This document shows positions 8,528 through 16,972 of a DNA stretch of 64,000 nucleotides, one piece after another. The notes under the pieces are model-generated. The model was not told the origin of the DNA and made no database searches. It saw only the letters and a list, made by a program, of their open reading frames with translations. A program made the translations under genes and the position numbers. The stretch comes from Verrucomicrobiia bacterium. Its GTDB lineage: Bacteria > Verrucomicrobiota > Verrucomicrobiia > Palsa-1439. Location of the stretch: contig JAJVHY010000001.1 of NCBI GenBank assembly GCA_022072455.1, forward strand, positions 3,832 to 67,831, read 5' to 3'. Numbering within the stretch: the stretch's first letter is position 1; every line of letters starts with the position of its first letter.

Positions 8528-10639
8528 CTACTGGAGCCGGGAGTAACTGGCGTATGACCCACTGACCGGGTTGTAGCCCTTATAAATGTATATCGCGCGC
8601 TGGTTCGCCCAGGCCGGTGGCAAGCCGGGCGGCACGTCGATACCGGAGCGGATGCGCTCATCCAATCGGATATCCAACCGGGTCCGGTAAGTTCCGTTCC
8701 GATTCAAGAGGACCTGATTACCGGCTGACATCGTGCCGAAGACACTGAGATAGGGTTGGTCAGCAGTATTCAGGTTGTTGTCCTTGAAATTGTTCTCCGC
8801 GTAGAGCATGGCGTGGATTTCACCACCAGTACCGAATTGGGCATCACCGAGGAAGATGTTGCCGCTGTTAGTCTGGGCTGGATCTTTGATGGCGATAAGC
8901 GCCACGCTATCGAGCGGATTGGTGGTGCCGCCGTTGTAATAGAATTCATCTGAGAGCGTGATATTGCCGCGAGCAACGATGGTGATTTTGATTCCGGGGT
9001 TGCGAAACCGGAAGTTCAATGCATTCGGGCTGTGGAGCCAGAGATTGCCATCCACGAAGTAGACCTTGTTGTTGCCGGTGGGGCTGATTGTGATCCGTGA
9101 CGAACTGCTGCTGTAGGCAGAGTCGGTCGGGTCTTCCAAGAAATAATCGTTCTTCCCGGCGATTTTCGTGTACGACCGGTCAGTCGGATTTTTTACGAAG
9201 ATATGCGACGGATTGGATTGCGAGGTGATTTTTCCCGAGCTGTTGAAGGTGTTGGCGGCAACGTTGATGTCGTGCCCCCACCGCGCGAGAGCGTCGGCCG
9301 GCGCCAAACCTGATTTCGGAAGATGGTAATACATGTGCTCAAGGTCCGGTGGTGTAATCGCAGGGTCACCCCCATTGGCGACCCGTTGACCAACTCCCGG
9401 AGCCGGCATCCCGCTGATGGAGCCGGTTGCTTGCGCGCCATAGTCATAGATGCCATTCCGGTCATCGATGAAGGTTTCGCCGACGTCGTACTTATCGTTT
9501 AAGTCCGTGTAGACCTCACCGGTATCCCAAGTGCCGTTGCCTTCATCGGAAAACAACTCCGCCGGCCAACTGGAGCAGGAGTACGACCTTCCACCAGAGG
9601 TATATGAGGTGCGCCAAGACCACGAGCCGCCGCTGAGTCGCCAGTAGCCGCCAGCGGAGTCGTAGCGACCGTTGATTCGTTGCGAACGGCTGGTGTCTTC
9701 AGTCCATTGCTCGCCTGTATTCCAGACTCCATTGCCCTTGTCGACAAAGCTTTCCCCCGGATTGAAAACGCCATCGCCATTGGCATCAACAAACGGTTCG
9801 CCAAATGTGAAAACCCCGTCACCATTGAGATCAGTGTAATTCTCACTCGAATCGTAGGTCCCGTTGCCGATGCTATCAACGAAAGCTTCACCCATGTCGA
9901 ACCGACCGTTACCGTACGTCACAACGCCGTTGGTGGATGACCGGTAGGTATTGAACGCAGTCGAGGTGACTGGGTTCGTGAAAGTCTGGGAGATGCCGGC
10001 TTCCTGATAGGGCTCACCTTCGTTCCACCAACCATTCGTATTCGAGTCAGTGAAGATTTCCGGGTGGCGGAGCCGCGCCCCCCCGGTGATGGCAATGTTG
10101 CCATTGACGAAAACATCGCCTAAGACAAAGTCGGCTCCGGTGCCGGTGCCGCCGAGTTGGAGCGTGTAATTGGTGGCCCCGCTGGAATTACCGGCGTAGA
10201 GAGCCGCGGCGTAAAGGGAGTGAATGGTATCACTGGTGGTATGATAGACCGATTGAATCGAGGCGGAAGCCCGGACGCCGTCAAAGTATCCCGTAGCCGT
10301 GATCAACTTGTTCGTTGCGTTGAGATTGACCACCGTGGTCTGGAAACTCCACTTGGCTGACTGAAACCGATTCGTCAAAGTTATGAATTCGCTGGATTCG
10401 TTGGTGGTAATGATTCCGTCGCCGCCGGCGTTTAACTCCATCATTGCGGCGGCAATCGCCGCATCAGCTAATTGGGCCGCGCGCTCGTACGAATAATTGG
10501 TCCGATTGGCCTGCCCATAGGTTCCCATGGTCAGCAGGGTGGCGCCAATCCCCACGGAAGCGATGGTCAGAAGAATCAGGGTGGCGGCTAACGCGCTGGC
10601 GCGGTCGTTTCCTTTTCGAGATGAGGTTTTCGTTTGCAT
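8528..10639 (-). CDS. large PilX-N-like minor pilin / putative pilus tip protein with Asp/Gly-rich Ca-binding-type repeats
   Basis: Start at ATG 10637-10639, preceded by AGGAGA. N-terminal hydrophobic segment ASALAATLILLTIASVGIGATLL, PilX-N-like. Repeats GEAFVDSIGNGTYD, GEPFVDANGDGVFNPGESFVDKGNGVWNTGE, DEGNGTWDTGEVYTDLNDKYDVGETFIDDRNGIYDYG. Last gene of the pseudopilin operon. Confidence 0.6.
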   Translation of the reverse strand: MQTKTSSRKGNDRASALAATLILLTIASVGIGATLLTMGTYGQANRTNYSYERAAQLADAAIAAAMMELNAGGDGIITTNESSEFITLTNRFQSAKWSFQTTVVNLNATNKLITATGYFDGVRASASIQSVYHTTSDTIHSLYAAALYAGNSSGATNYTLQLGGTGTGADFVLGDVFVNGNIAITGGARLRHPEIFTDSNTNGWWNEGEPYQEAGISQTFTNPVTSTAFNTYRSSTNGVVTYGNGRFDMGEAFVDSIGNGTYDSSENYTDLNGDGVFTFGEPFVDANGDGVFNPGESFVDKGNGVWNTGEQWTEDTSRSQRINGRYDSAGGYWRLSGGSWSWRTSYTSGGRSYSCSSWPAELFSDEGNGTWDTGEVYTDLNDKYDVGETFIDDRNGIYDYGAQATGSISGMPAPGVGQRVANGGDPAITPPDLEHMYYHLPKSGLAPADALARWGHDINVAANTFNSSGKITSQSNPSHIFVKNPTDRSYTKIAGKNDYFLEDPTDSAYSSSSSRITISPTGNNKVYFVDGNLWLHSPNALNFRFRNPGIKITIVARGNITLSDEFYYNGGTTNPLDSVALIAIKDPAQTNSGNIFLGDAQFGTGGEIHAMLYAENNFKDNNLNTADQPYLSVFGTMSAGNQVLLNRNGTYRTRLDIRLDERIRSGIDVPPGLPPAWANQRAIYIYKGYNPVSGSYASYSRLQ

Positions 10640-10671
10640 GTGTATTTCTCCTAAATTGGGGTGGAGATTTT

Positions 10672-11214
10672 TCAGAAATTTCGCAGTCGAATGCCGGTGT
10701 CGACCTCGGCGGCACAATCAGTGCCGCGGTACGGTTTGCTAATCCGGTAAGCAACCCGCAAGGTGTTGGCACCTGTTTTTTCAAAGACATTCCGGGTCGG
10801 TACTGTCATTACTTTCGATAATCCAACGGCGACGATGTTGGTCGCGGCGGTTGTGGAAACGTCTGACAAGAAGGTCAAGCGCCCCAAGCCGGAGGCGGTT
10901 GGATCGCTGATATAGGAAAATTGGCTCACCTTTCCACTCGGCATTCGAACGCGTACCCAGTTCCCACTGACATCAACGGCGTCAATGGCCACCGCATTGC
11001 GGATGTAGCGTTGCACTGACTGGGATGACCGATTGGCCTCATGTTGAACGGCTGCATATTGATTACTTTTCTGCACGACTCGCATCATCCAGATAAACGA
11101 GGTCATCAATGCGCTGAGCGCCAAAAGCGAAACTGTCGCCGCCACCATGACTTCAACGAGTGTAAATCCGGATTGCCGGATCCGCTGCTGCCGTTTTGTT
11201 TTGCCTGGTTTCAT
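10672..11214 (-). CDS. prepilin-type N-terminal cleavage/methylation domain protein (minor pseudopilin)
   Basis: N-terminal class-III signal GFTLVEVMVAATVSLLALSAL. Overlaps the upstream pseudopilin gene by 4 nt. Confidence 0.75.
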   Translation of the reverse strand: MKPGKTKRQQRIRQSGFTLVEVMVAATVSLLALSALMTSFIWMMRVVQKSNQYAAVQHEANRSSQSVQRYIRNAVAIDAVDVSGNWVRVRMPSGKVSQFSYISDPTASGLGRLTFLSDVSTTAATNIVAVGLSKVMTVPTRNVFEKTGANTLRVAYRISKPYRGTDCAAEVDTGIRLRNF

Positions 11215-11639
11215 TTCGATACAATTGTTGAAAAGGTATTAGTCAATCGACGCTTGCTGACCGGCGACTGAAATTCGACGTTCACATGGATTTCCAGATA
11301 ACTCGCAGTCATCAGATCCGCCACCTCGACCAAGTTCGTCGCGTGACCAATCACGTCGACGGTCCGGATGACAACTGGGTCGACGTTCTGAATTAAATTG
11401 GTTTGGGGTGCGAAAGGGGTTTGCAGGACGATGTTGTTAAATCCGCCGGCGGCAATTTCCTCGAGTTTTTGGATGCCGAGATTACGTGCTTCGGCCGAGA
11501 CCATGTTGTAGCGGGCTTTCCGCATCAGCATGACTCCGGTAGAAATCACCACACCAGAGAGCAACGCCAAAATGGCGAAGGCCATGCTGACTTCCAGCAG
11601 GCTGAATCCGCGGGTATTGGTGAGTTTGGCGAGTTTCAT
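11211..11639 (-). CDS. prepilin-type N-terminal cleavage/methylation domain protein (minor pseudopilin)
   Basis: N-terminal GFSLLEVSMAFAILALLSGVV. Confidence 0.75.
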   Translation of the reverse strand: MKLAKLTNTRGFSLLEVSMAFAILALLSGVVISTGVMLMRKARYNMVSAEARNLGIQKLEEIAAGGFNNIVLQTPFAPQTNLIQNVDPVVIRTVDVIGHATNLVEVADLMTASYLEIHVNVEFQSPVSKRRLTNTFSTIVSK

Positions 11640-11685
11640 AACCTTCTCACTTGACGGTCATGATCAAGAGAGCCAACTACCATTT

Positions 11686-11701
11686 AGCACTGGATATGCC
11701 A
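11686..11701 (-). promoter_or_regulatory. putative sigma-54 (-24/-12) promoter TGGCAT-ATCCA-GTGCT for the pseudopilin / PilX-like operon
   Basis: Minus-sense TGGCATatccaGTGCT, 47 nt upstream of ATG 11639. One of five copies of the same 16-nt element in the pilus locus. Confidence 0.6.
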
Positions 11702-11901
11702 CCCGATTTTCTGGTCACCAAGCAGTTCCACTGGCGCGGCGGGTGGATAAAACTTTGCATAAACCGAACACAGTTGAGCACAACGTGAACAACAAGTCGC
11801 AACCATCACCGGATGGAACGGTTGCGGAGTCAGTCGCAGTATCAAGAAATGATTCTCATTACTGCGAACGCGACGGCTCGGAAGCGCCCGAGAGCCCACC
11901 T

Positions 11902-13359
11902 TTACTTCGAGCCGAAATTCTGGACCGGGCGCTTGGGCCAAGGAACGAGGTTGCGTGGGTTGGGCTTGGCATTATCGGTGGGCATCCACTTGTCGTTGGT
12001 GTAAATCTCTTCCCGAGGCAGGCCAGCCACTTTGTCTTCCAGCCCGGTGCTGCCGTCCGGGGAGATGATGGTTGGAGTCAGAAAAATCAACAATTCACGT
12101 TTGGTTTTACTGAGGCTTTTGCTGCGAAACAGCGCCCCCACCAAGGGAATGTCACCCAAAACCGGGACTTTGGTGTATTTGTCGCTGGTGTCTTGCCGCA
12201 TCAGTCCGCCCATGGCAAGTGTGCTGCCACTCTTGATCAAGACAGTCGTGCTGGCGGAGCGATTATCGATGACTGGAATGTCGATGCCTTGGAACGACGC
12301 GACGCCCGACTGGCTCCCAGCTTCAGGACTGACTTCCAAGGTGACGAAACCGTTTTTATTAATGTGCGGTGTGCAGTTCAACACGATGCCGATGTCTTTG
12401 TAATCAAACCCAGAAATGCTGAACGCCCCTTTCGTTTCGCTATAGGTGAAGTTCGGAACGGGAAATTGCGTGGCGATGGCTATTTTCGCCTTGCCGTTGT
12501 CAGTGGTCACGACGCGGGGGCTGGCGAGCAACTCCGTGTCAGAATCGCTGTTCATGAACGAAAACAGAATCGTCGCCGAACCGGCATCCAAGAGTGCCGT
12601 TGAGGGAATCCACGGGCCACCGGCCAAATCTTTGGAGAGCGTGAACGGGCCAGCCGACAGGCGATGGTCAATGAGGGTTTGGCTCCAGTTGATGCCGAGG
12701 TCTTTCTTGGGATTCTTGGTGGTCTCGACAAACTTGGCTTCGATCATCACTTGCCGGGTTTGGGTATCCATCTTCTCAATCAAGGGCAACAGCATGACCA
12801 AACTCGAGGGCGTATCCGAAATCACCAACGCATTCCCGCGTGTGTCCACCTGGATCTTCCCCTGCCGGGACAGCAACGGATCGAGGGTCTTCTTGATTTC
12901 ATCCGCCTTCGCGTATTCCAAGCTCACGATCTGCGCTTCCACCGGCTCAGCTGCCAATGACTCCTTGGTCTTGACACGCACAACATTCTTGTCCTTGACG
13001 AAGCCGTAGCCTTTCGATTCCACGATCATCCGCAACGCGTCGTCGTAACCGACCCCTTCCAAATGGACGGTAACCTTCCCAATCACTTCTTCACCAACAA
13101 TCAAATTGATACCGGCTTTTGTCGCGAGTGTGCGAAGGACGTTCTGAATGTCCGCCTCGTGATAATCAATGACCAGAACATCAGCGCTTGCGGCGGCATC
13201 AGCGGGAGGGGCGGGAGCTTCGACTTTGGGGGGAGCAACTTCAACTACCGGCGTGGCAGCCGCAGGGGCTTCCACGGCGGGTGTCGCTGGATCCTGGGCT
13301 TGCCCCGCCCTGGCGACGCCGAGGATGACTGCGATGATGATGATCATTTGCCGTTTCAT
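11902..13359 (-). CDS. pilQ: type IV pilus / T2SS secretin (PilQ/GspD family)
   Basis: C-terminal secretin signature VPVLGDIPLVGALFRSKSLSKTKRELLIFLTPTII. N-terminal signal peptide MKRQMIIIIAVILGVARAGQA. Start at ATG 13357-13359 with GGAGGG RBS; this start also leaves room for the promoter element. Confidence 0.85.
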   Translation of the reverse strand: MKRQMIIIIAVILGVARAGQAQDPATPAVEAPAAATPVVEVAPPKVEAPAPPADAAASADVLVIDYHEADIQNVLRTLATKAGINLIVGEEVIGKVTVHLEGVGYDDALRMIVESKGYGFVKDKNVVRVKTKESLAAEPVEAQIVSLEYAKADEIKKTLDPLLSRQGKIQVDTRGNALVISDTPSSLVMLLPLIEKMDTQTRQVMIEAKFVETTKNPKKDLGINWSQTLIDHRLSAGPFTLSKDLAGGPWIPSTALLDAGSATILFSFMNSDSDTELLASPRVVTTDNGKAKIAIATQFPVPNFTYSETKGAFSISGFDYKDIGIVLNCTPHINKNGFVTLEVSPEAGSQSGVASFQGIDIPVIDNRSASTTVLIKSGSTLAMGGLMRQDTSDKYTKVPVLGDIPLVGALFRSKSLSKTKRELLIFLTPTIISPDGSTGLEDKVAGLPREEIYTNDKWMPTDNAKPNPRNLVPWPKRPVQNFGSK

Positions 13360-13405
13360 ACGAAACCCTCCGACTGCATTAGGTTGTTGGATCGTCATGG
13401 TGTTT

Positions 13406-13421
13406 AGCACCTCTCAGGCCA
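13406..13421 (-). promoter_or_regulatory. putative sigma-54 promoter variant TGGCCT-GAGAG-GTGCT for pilQ
   Basis: Minus-sense TGGCCTgagagGTGCT immediately after the pilP stop, 47 nt upstream of the pilQ ATG. One mismatch to the other four copies. Confidence 0.45.
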
Positions 13422-13877
13422 TTACTGTTTTTCAGCCGAACTGGTCGTTGAATTTTCTGGATTGAGTTGGAGCTCAACCTTCTGCCCATTAACTTCCAAG
13501 GTAACTTCGCGCCGGGTGATGGCGGTCGCCTTGACCTTGACCGGAGTGCCCTTGACTGTCACTTCAACTGATTTATTCAGAGTCACCAAAGTACCGTTTA
13601 CGATGGCGGAGGGAGCGGTGGCTTGATAGAGGATGCCATCCAGTTGAAACCCAACCGGGACGCCGACCGGCTGGGCAGTTTCGGACGCGACCGCGGTGGC
13701 CTTCGCAAATGGGTCACGGGTTTGTGTCGGAACGTACGTTGAAACTTGGAGATTGAGATCGAACTCCGGCTTCGCGGCCGATGCCGCAGCGACTGAGGAG
13801 GCAAGCAGCAGCCCGCGGACAACAATCCCGCGCGACCGGCCAACTACCCTTTTGAACTTATCCAATCGAGAGGTCAT
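13422..13877 (-). CDS. small periplasmic pilus-assembly protein (PilP-like by position)
   Basis: 151 aa with N-terminal hydrophobic/signal segment. Sits between PilO-like and the secretin. Assignment is by gene order, not by motif. Confidence 0.4.
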   Translation of the reverse strand: MTSRLDKFKRVVGRSRGIVVRGLLLASSVAAASAAKPEFDLNLQVSTYVPTQTRDPFAKATAVASETAQPVGVPVGFQLDGILYQATAPSAIVNGTLVTLNKSVEVTVKGTPVKVKATAITRREVTLEVNGQKVELQLNPENSTTSSAEKQ

Positions 13878-14479
13878 GCGCTTTTCTTCTTTTCAGGTTC
13901 ACCGGCTGCGGTTGGTGGTTTCGGATGAATCAGGAGCACCAGGTCGACATTGATCCGACAATCACCGCGCGCGGCATCGGCCACATTCATCGAAAGATTC
14001 CGGAGCTGACCAGTGGGAAACAAGTTCTCCAAGACCGTGACAAACCGACCCAAATCATCGTACTTGCCAGTGATATCCAACCGGGTGGTGTAAAGCTCAT
14101 ACTTGGGCTTGGGGGTATACGGGCTTTTGATGCCGGGACTGAGGCTGCCGATAGTTACCGGATGTTTTTCCGCCAGGAGGCTGATTTCACGGACGATCCA
14201 ACTATACGGATCACCGGCAACCATGCGCTCCTCTTGCACCTTCAGAAATTCAACGATGCGCTCGCGGAGGACGGTGTTGTTGGCTTCCTCTTTGGCCAGA
14301 GCCTCGGCCGAGGCGATCTGATCCTTCAGCTTGGTGATCTCGGCCTTTTTCAGTCCCATGTCTTCCAGATTTTTGAGGACGTAAAAGTTCACAACGGCCC
14401 CGACTGCCGTGAGACTGACAATGACAATCAAGATCAACTTCTGGAGTTTGTCTTTGGGCAATGATTTCAGAAATTTCAT
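13874..14479 (-). CDS. PilO-like inner-membrane pilus assembly protein
   Basis: Single N-terminal TM (LILIVIVSLTAVGAVVNFYVL) followed by coiled-coil. Position between PilN-like and PilP-like. Confidence 0.55.
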   Translation of the reverse strand: MKFLKSLPKDKLQKLILIVIVSLTAVGAVVNFYVLKNLEDMGLKKAEITKLKDQIASAEALAKEEANNTVLRERIVEFLKVQEERMVAGDPYSWIVREISLLAEKHPVTIGSLSPGIKSPYTPKPKYELYTTRLDITGKYDDLGRFVTVLENLFPTGQLRNLSMNVADAARGDCRINVDLVLLIHPKPPTAAGEPEKKKSA

Positions 14480-15150
14480 TTTTTCTCCTTGAACACGCAG
14501 TCAATGGAGAACGCGACAGTCGGCAGACCGTTGGCGGCGGTATCACTTTCACCCTTGCCGGTCGAGCGGGCAATTGACCGCAGGCGAACGTCCGAGACGT
14601 ACTGACTGAACACGGGATGAACGCGGAGGCTCTTGATGAATTCATCCACCTCGATCTCAGGTCGCGCGCTGGCGGCTGATCCATCCAAGGTAAGATTCAA
14701 CCGCTCCACGGTTTTCGGCGCAGCCGCTCGGGCGGCTTTGATCTCGCTCAAACCGGGGGCCGGCGGCGCACTGACAGCGATCGTTTCGGTCGCAAATGCA
14801 AATCGGAACTGGCTCAATTGAATCGAGGCGGGAATAACATCTTTAATCAACGCCAGTTGCGGGCCATAGATTTGCCGGCTCCGGTTGATTGCCAGATAAT
14901 CGCTGGCCGTCATCATCACCGTTTTGGTTTCGCCGGCATCACTGCTGGCTTGGAGCACATCCCAGTGGCTTTGGAGTTTGGCGGCTTCGGACCGGCGGCG
15001 TTCCGCAATTTGTCCGAAAAGAACACCGAGAGCCACGACGACCAGCAGTAAGCCACCGCCGACCGCCACGCTGATTTTGAGCGGATCGCGCGCCTGCGCT
15101 TGCTGCGAGAGTTGCTCCTCGACGAGTAAATTGATCGTAATGGCTGTCAC
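14476..15150 (-). CDS. PilN-like fimbrial assembly protein
   Basis: N-terminal ITINLL motif, then TM helix VAVGGGLLLVVVALGVLFG. Immediately downstream of pilM. Confidence 0.6.
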   Translation of the reverse strand: MTAITINLLVEEQLSQQAQARDPLKISVAVGGGLLLVVVALGVLFGQIAERRRSEAAKLQSHWDVLQASSDAGETKTVMMTASDYLAINRSRQIYGPQLALIKDVIPASIQLSQFRFAFATETIAVSAPPAPGLSEIKAARAAAPKTVERLNLTLDGSAASARPEIEVDEFIKSLRVHPVFSQYVSDVRLRSIARSTGKGESDTAANGLPTVAFSIDCVFKEKK

Positions 15151-15159
15151 AGGTTCTTT

Positions 15160-16206
15160 CTACAATTGGCCGGTGGCGGCACCGATGGCCGCGGCCAGAC
15201 TGGGTGCCAGAGCGGTGAGTTGTGGTCCTTCCCCATTAAAATGCGCTGTGTCGAAAGTGCTGACGGGATTCCAAGGTTCGATTCGAAAACCGACCTCTTC
15301 GCTCACAATCTCGAGCAAAGCAGGCGAACAAGCTGATCCGCCACAAGCCAACGCCCGGGCTACATGACACTCATGTTGTCGTTCAAAGAAATCGATTGAC
15401 GAACGAATCTCACGCACTAACGGCCCCAATGATTGCCGGATGAGGGGTTGTACCGCATCCGACATCTTCCATTTTTCCTCCTCGGCGGCTTTCGGTTCCA
15501 GCTTGAGCATTTGGCCGACATACTCATTGATGAGATCGCCGCCAAACTGAGTGATTCGGGTCATGAGCGGGTGACCTTGCCGCAGGATATTCATGCTGGT
15601 TGACCGCGCGCCAATGTCGAGGAGGAGAACCACATCTTTTTCACACAAGTTGCTCTCGCAGACTTGGAGTGCATTGACCACTGAGACAGCGGTCAATTCG
15701 ATGGTTGAGGGTTTGATCTTCGCGGCGGCAAGCGCATTGCGGTACCAATTCACCTCGTCACGTTTTGCGCCTGCACAGAGAACCTTGATCAAGGCTGACT
15801 TTTGCGGTTTCGGATCGCTGCTGCCATCCTCCAATTCAAAAACATCCAAGTAATAATCAGAGTAGTCGCGGCGCAAATACTGGGCACTGAAGTTCTGCAA
15901 CGCCGCCTTCACCTCTTGGAGCGGCACGCGCGGGAACTCGGCGTGACAAACCATGGCCGAATTACAACTCAGCGTGACACGGATCCGCTGATCCTCTGTG
16001 CCCAATTGCTTCACGGCTTCCCGGAGATCTGCGGCATACTGTTCGGCGTTGTTCGTACCATTCGCCTGCGTCCGCACAGCATATTTTGACAATTGCAGAG
16101 CGGCGCCTTCGCGGCGAATCAAGGCCGCCTTGATCTGCCGCGTTCCGAGATCCAGTCCAACAGCGAAATTGGGTCTGGCTTTTTGTTTATTCCGTTTGAA
16201 GATCAT
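15160..16206 (-). CDS. pilM: type IV pilus assembly ATPase-like protein PilM (actin/HSP70 fold)
   Basis: N-terminal VGLDLGTRQIKAALI. Overall PilM/FtsA-like organisation. 348 aa. Confidence 0.85.
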   Translation of the reverse strand: MIFKRNKQKARPNFAVGLDLGTRQIKAALIRREGAALQLSKYAVRTQANGTNNAEQYAADLREAVKQLGTEDQRIRVTLSCNSAMVCHAEFPRVPLQEVKAALQNFSAQYLRRDYSDYYLDVFELEDGSSDPKPQKSALIKVLCAGAKRDEVNWYRNALAAAKIKPSTIELTAVSVVNALQVCESNLCEKDVVLLLDIGARSTSMNILRQGHPLMTRITQFGGDLINEYVGQMLKLEPKAAEEEKWKMSDAVQPLIRQSLGPLVREIRSSIDFFERQHECHVARALACGGSACSPALLEIVSEEVGFRIEPWNPVSTFDTAHFNGEGPQLTALAPSLAAAIGAATGQL

Positions 16207-16223
16207 TTCCCATTTGTGTGATT

Positions 16224-16239
16224 AGCACTTGATATGCCA
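16224..16239 (-). promoter_or_regulatory. putative sigma-54 promoter TGGCAT-ATCAA-GTGCT upstream of pilM
   Basis: Exact motif copy, but only 18 nt upstream of the annotated pilM ATG. The spacing is anomalous versus 47-51 nt for the other copies. Confidence 0.5.
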
Positions 16240-16345
16240 GCAGTTAGGAGAGGTGGGGCTAACCACGCCCGGCCCGCGATTGTTCAGAACTGTCAATCAA
16301 TCTGGATTTCACCGGCCTGAAATGCGCATGTGCCCAAAAGCAACA

Positions 16346-16370
16346 GGGGCAGGTGGAAATCCCCTGCCCC
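16346..16370 (-). terminator. rho-independent terminator hairpin downstream of the pilin gene
   Basis: ggggcagg-tggaaatc-ccctgcccc. In minus sense the stem is followed by a T-rich TGTTGCTTTTGG tail. Confidence 0.55.
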
Positions 16371-16392
16371 TGTCCAATGTAGCTGGGTGACC

Positions 16393-16782
16393 TTAGTAAG
16401 CGCCCCAGTCAATCCCCACATTCGCGAGCAACGACTTGGTCGCGGTCGAGATCTTCACCTGGTTTGTGCCAACGGTGTTGATCGTGAACGCATTGCCCAA
16501 TATGTCGTTATTGCTCCAAGCGGACTTCAGATACGAAGCCGCCCCCGTTGACGCGCTCGTATCAATCGTTGCCCCGTCGGACTTCCCCATCTCCAGTGCC
16601 CACTGGTCAATGGCGGCGTCCATCTGACGCGCGTCATTAAGAATCCGACGGCCTTGCGATTGCTTGCGAGCTTTGGCAAAGCCCGGCACTGACAACGCCG
16701 CGAGCAACCCGATGATGGCTACGACAATCATAATTTCAACCAAGGTAAACGCGGCTTGGGAATTGCGAATCTTGTTAATCAT
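16393..16782 (-). CDS. prepilin-type pilin (likely major pilin / pseudopilin G-like)
   Basis: Start ATG 16780-16782 with GGGAGG RBS. N-terminus MINKIRNSQAAFTLVEIMIVVAIIGLLAALSVP is a class-III signal with Glu5. Own sigma-54 promoter and own terminator. Confidence 0.8.
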   Translation of the reverse strand: MINKIRNSQAAFTLVEIMIVVAIIGLLAALSVPGFAKARKQSQGRRILNDARQMDAAIDQWALEMGKSDGATIDTSASTGAASYLKSAWSNNDILGNAFTINTVGTNQVKISTATKSLLANVGIDWGAY

Positions 16783-16830
16783 TTTCGTGTCACCTCCCTT
16801 CCCGATAAAGAGACTCATGCGATTCTCAGT

Positions 16831-16846
16831 AGCACTACGGATGCCA
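16831..16846 (-). promoter_or_regulatory. putative sigma-54 promoter TGGCAT-CCGTA-GTGCT for the pilin gene
   Basis: 49 nt upstream of the pilin ATG. Adjacent to the NtrC-family regulator gene. Confidence 0.6.
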
Positions 16847-16877
16847 AACGGCGCAACTCCCTGAAAGACATGCGATA

Positions 16878-16896
16878 TCTGCCGTTTCGCGGCAGA
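16878..16896. promoter_or_regulatory. perfect inverted repeat TCTGCCG-N5-CGGCAGA, candidate enhancer (UAS) for the sigma-54 activator
   Basis: tctgccgtttcgcggcaga, about 45 nt upstream of the -24 element of the pilin promoter. Confidence 0.35.
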
Positions 16897-16972
16897 ATTT
16901 CCGAAAAATCAGGTGTTTTTGAACCAAGCGGTTGCAAACATGATTCGCATTTTCTGGAATGCGACGCCGCGA

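Noticed and set aside
10640-10717. 26-codon N-terminal extension of the PilX-like ORF (MCRRGRHRH...)
   Set aside because: It overlaps the upstream pseudopilin gene. The internal ATG at 10639 has a canonical AGGAGA RBS and begins the hydrophobic anchor.
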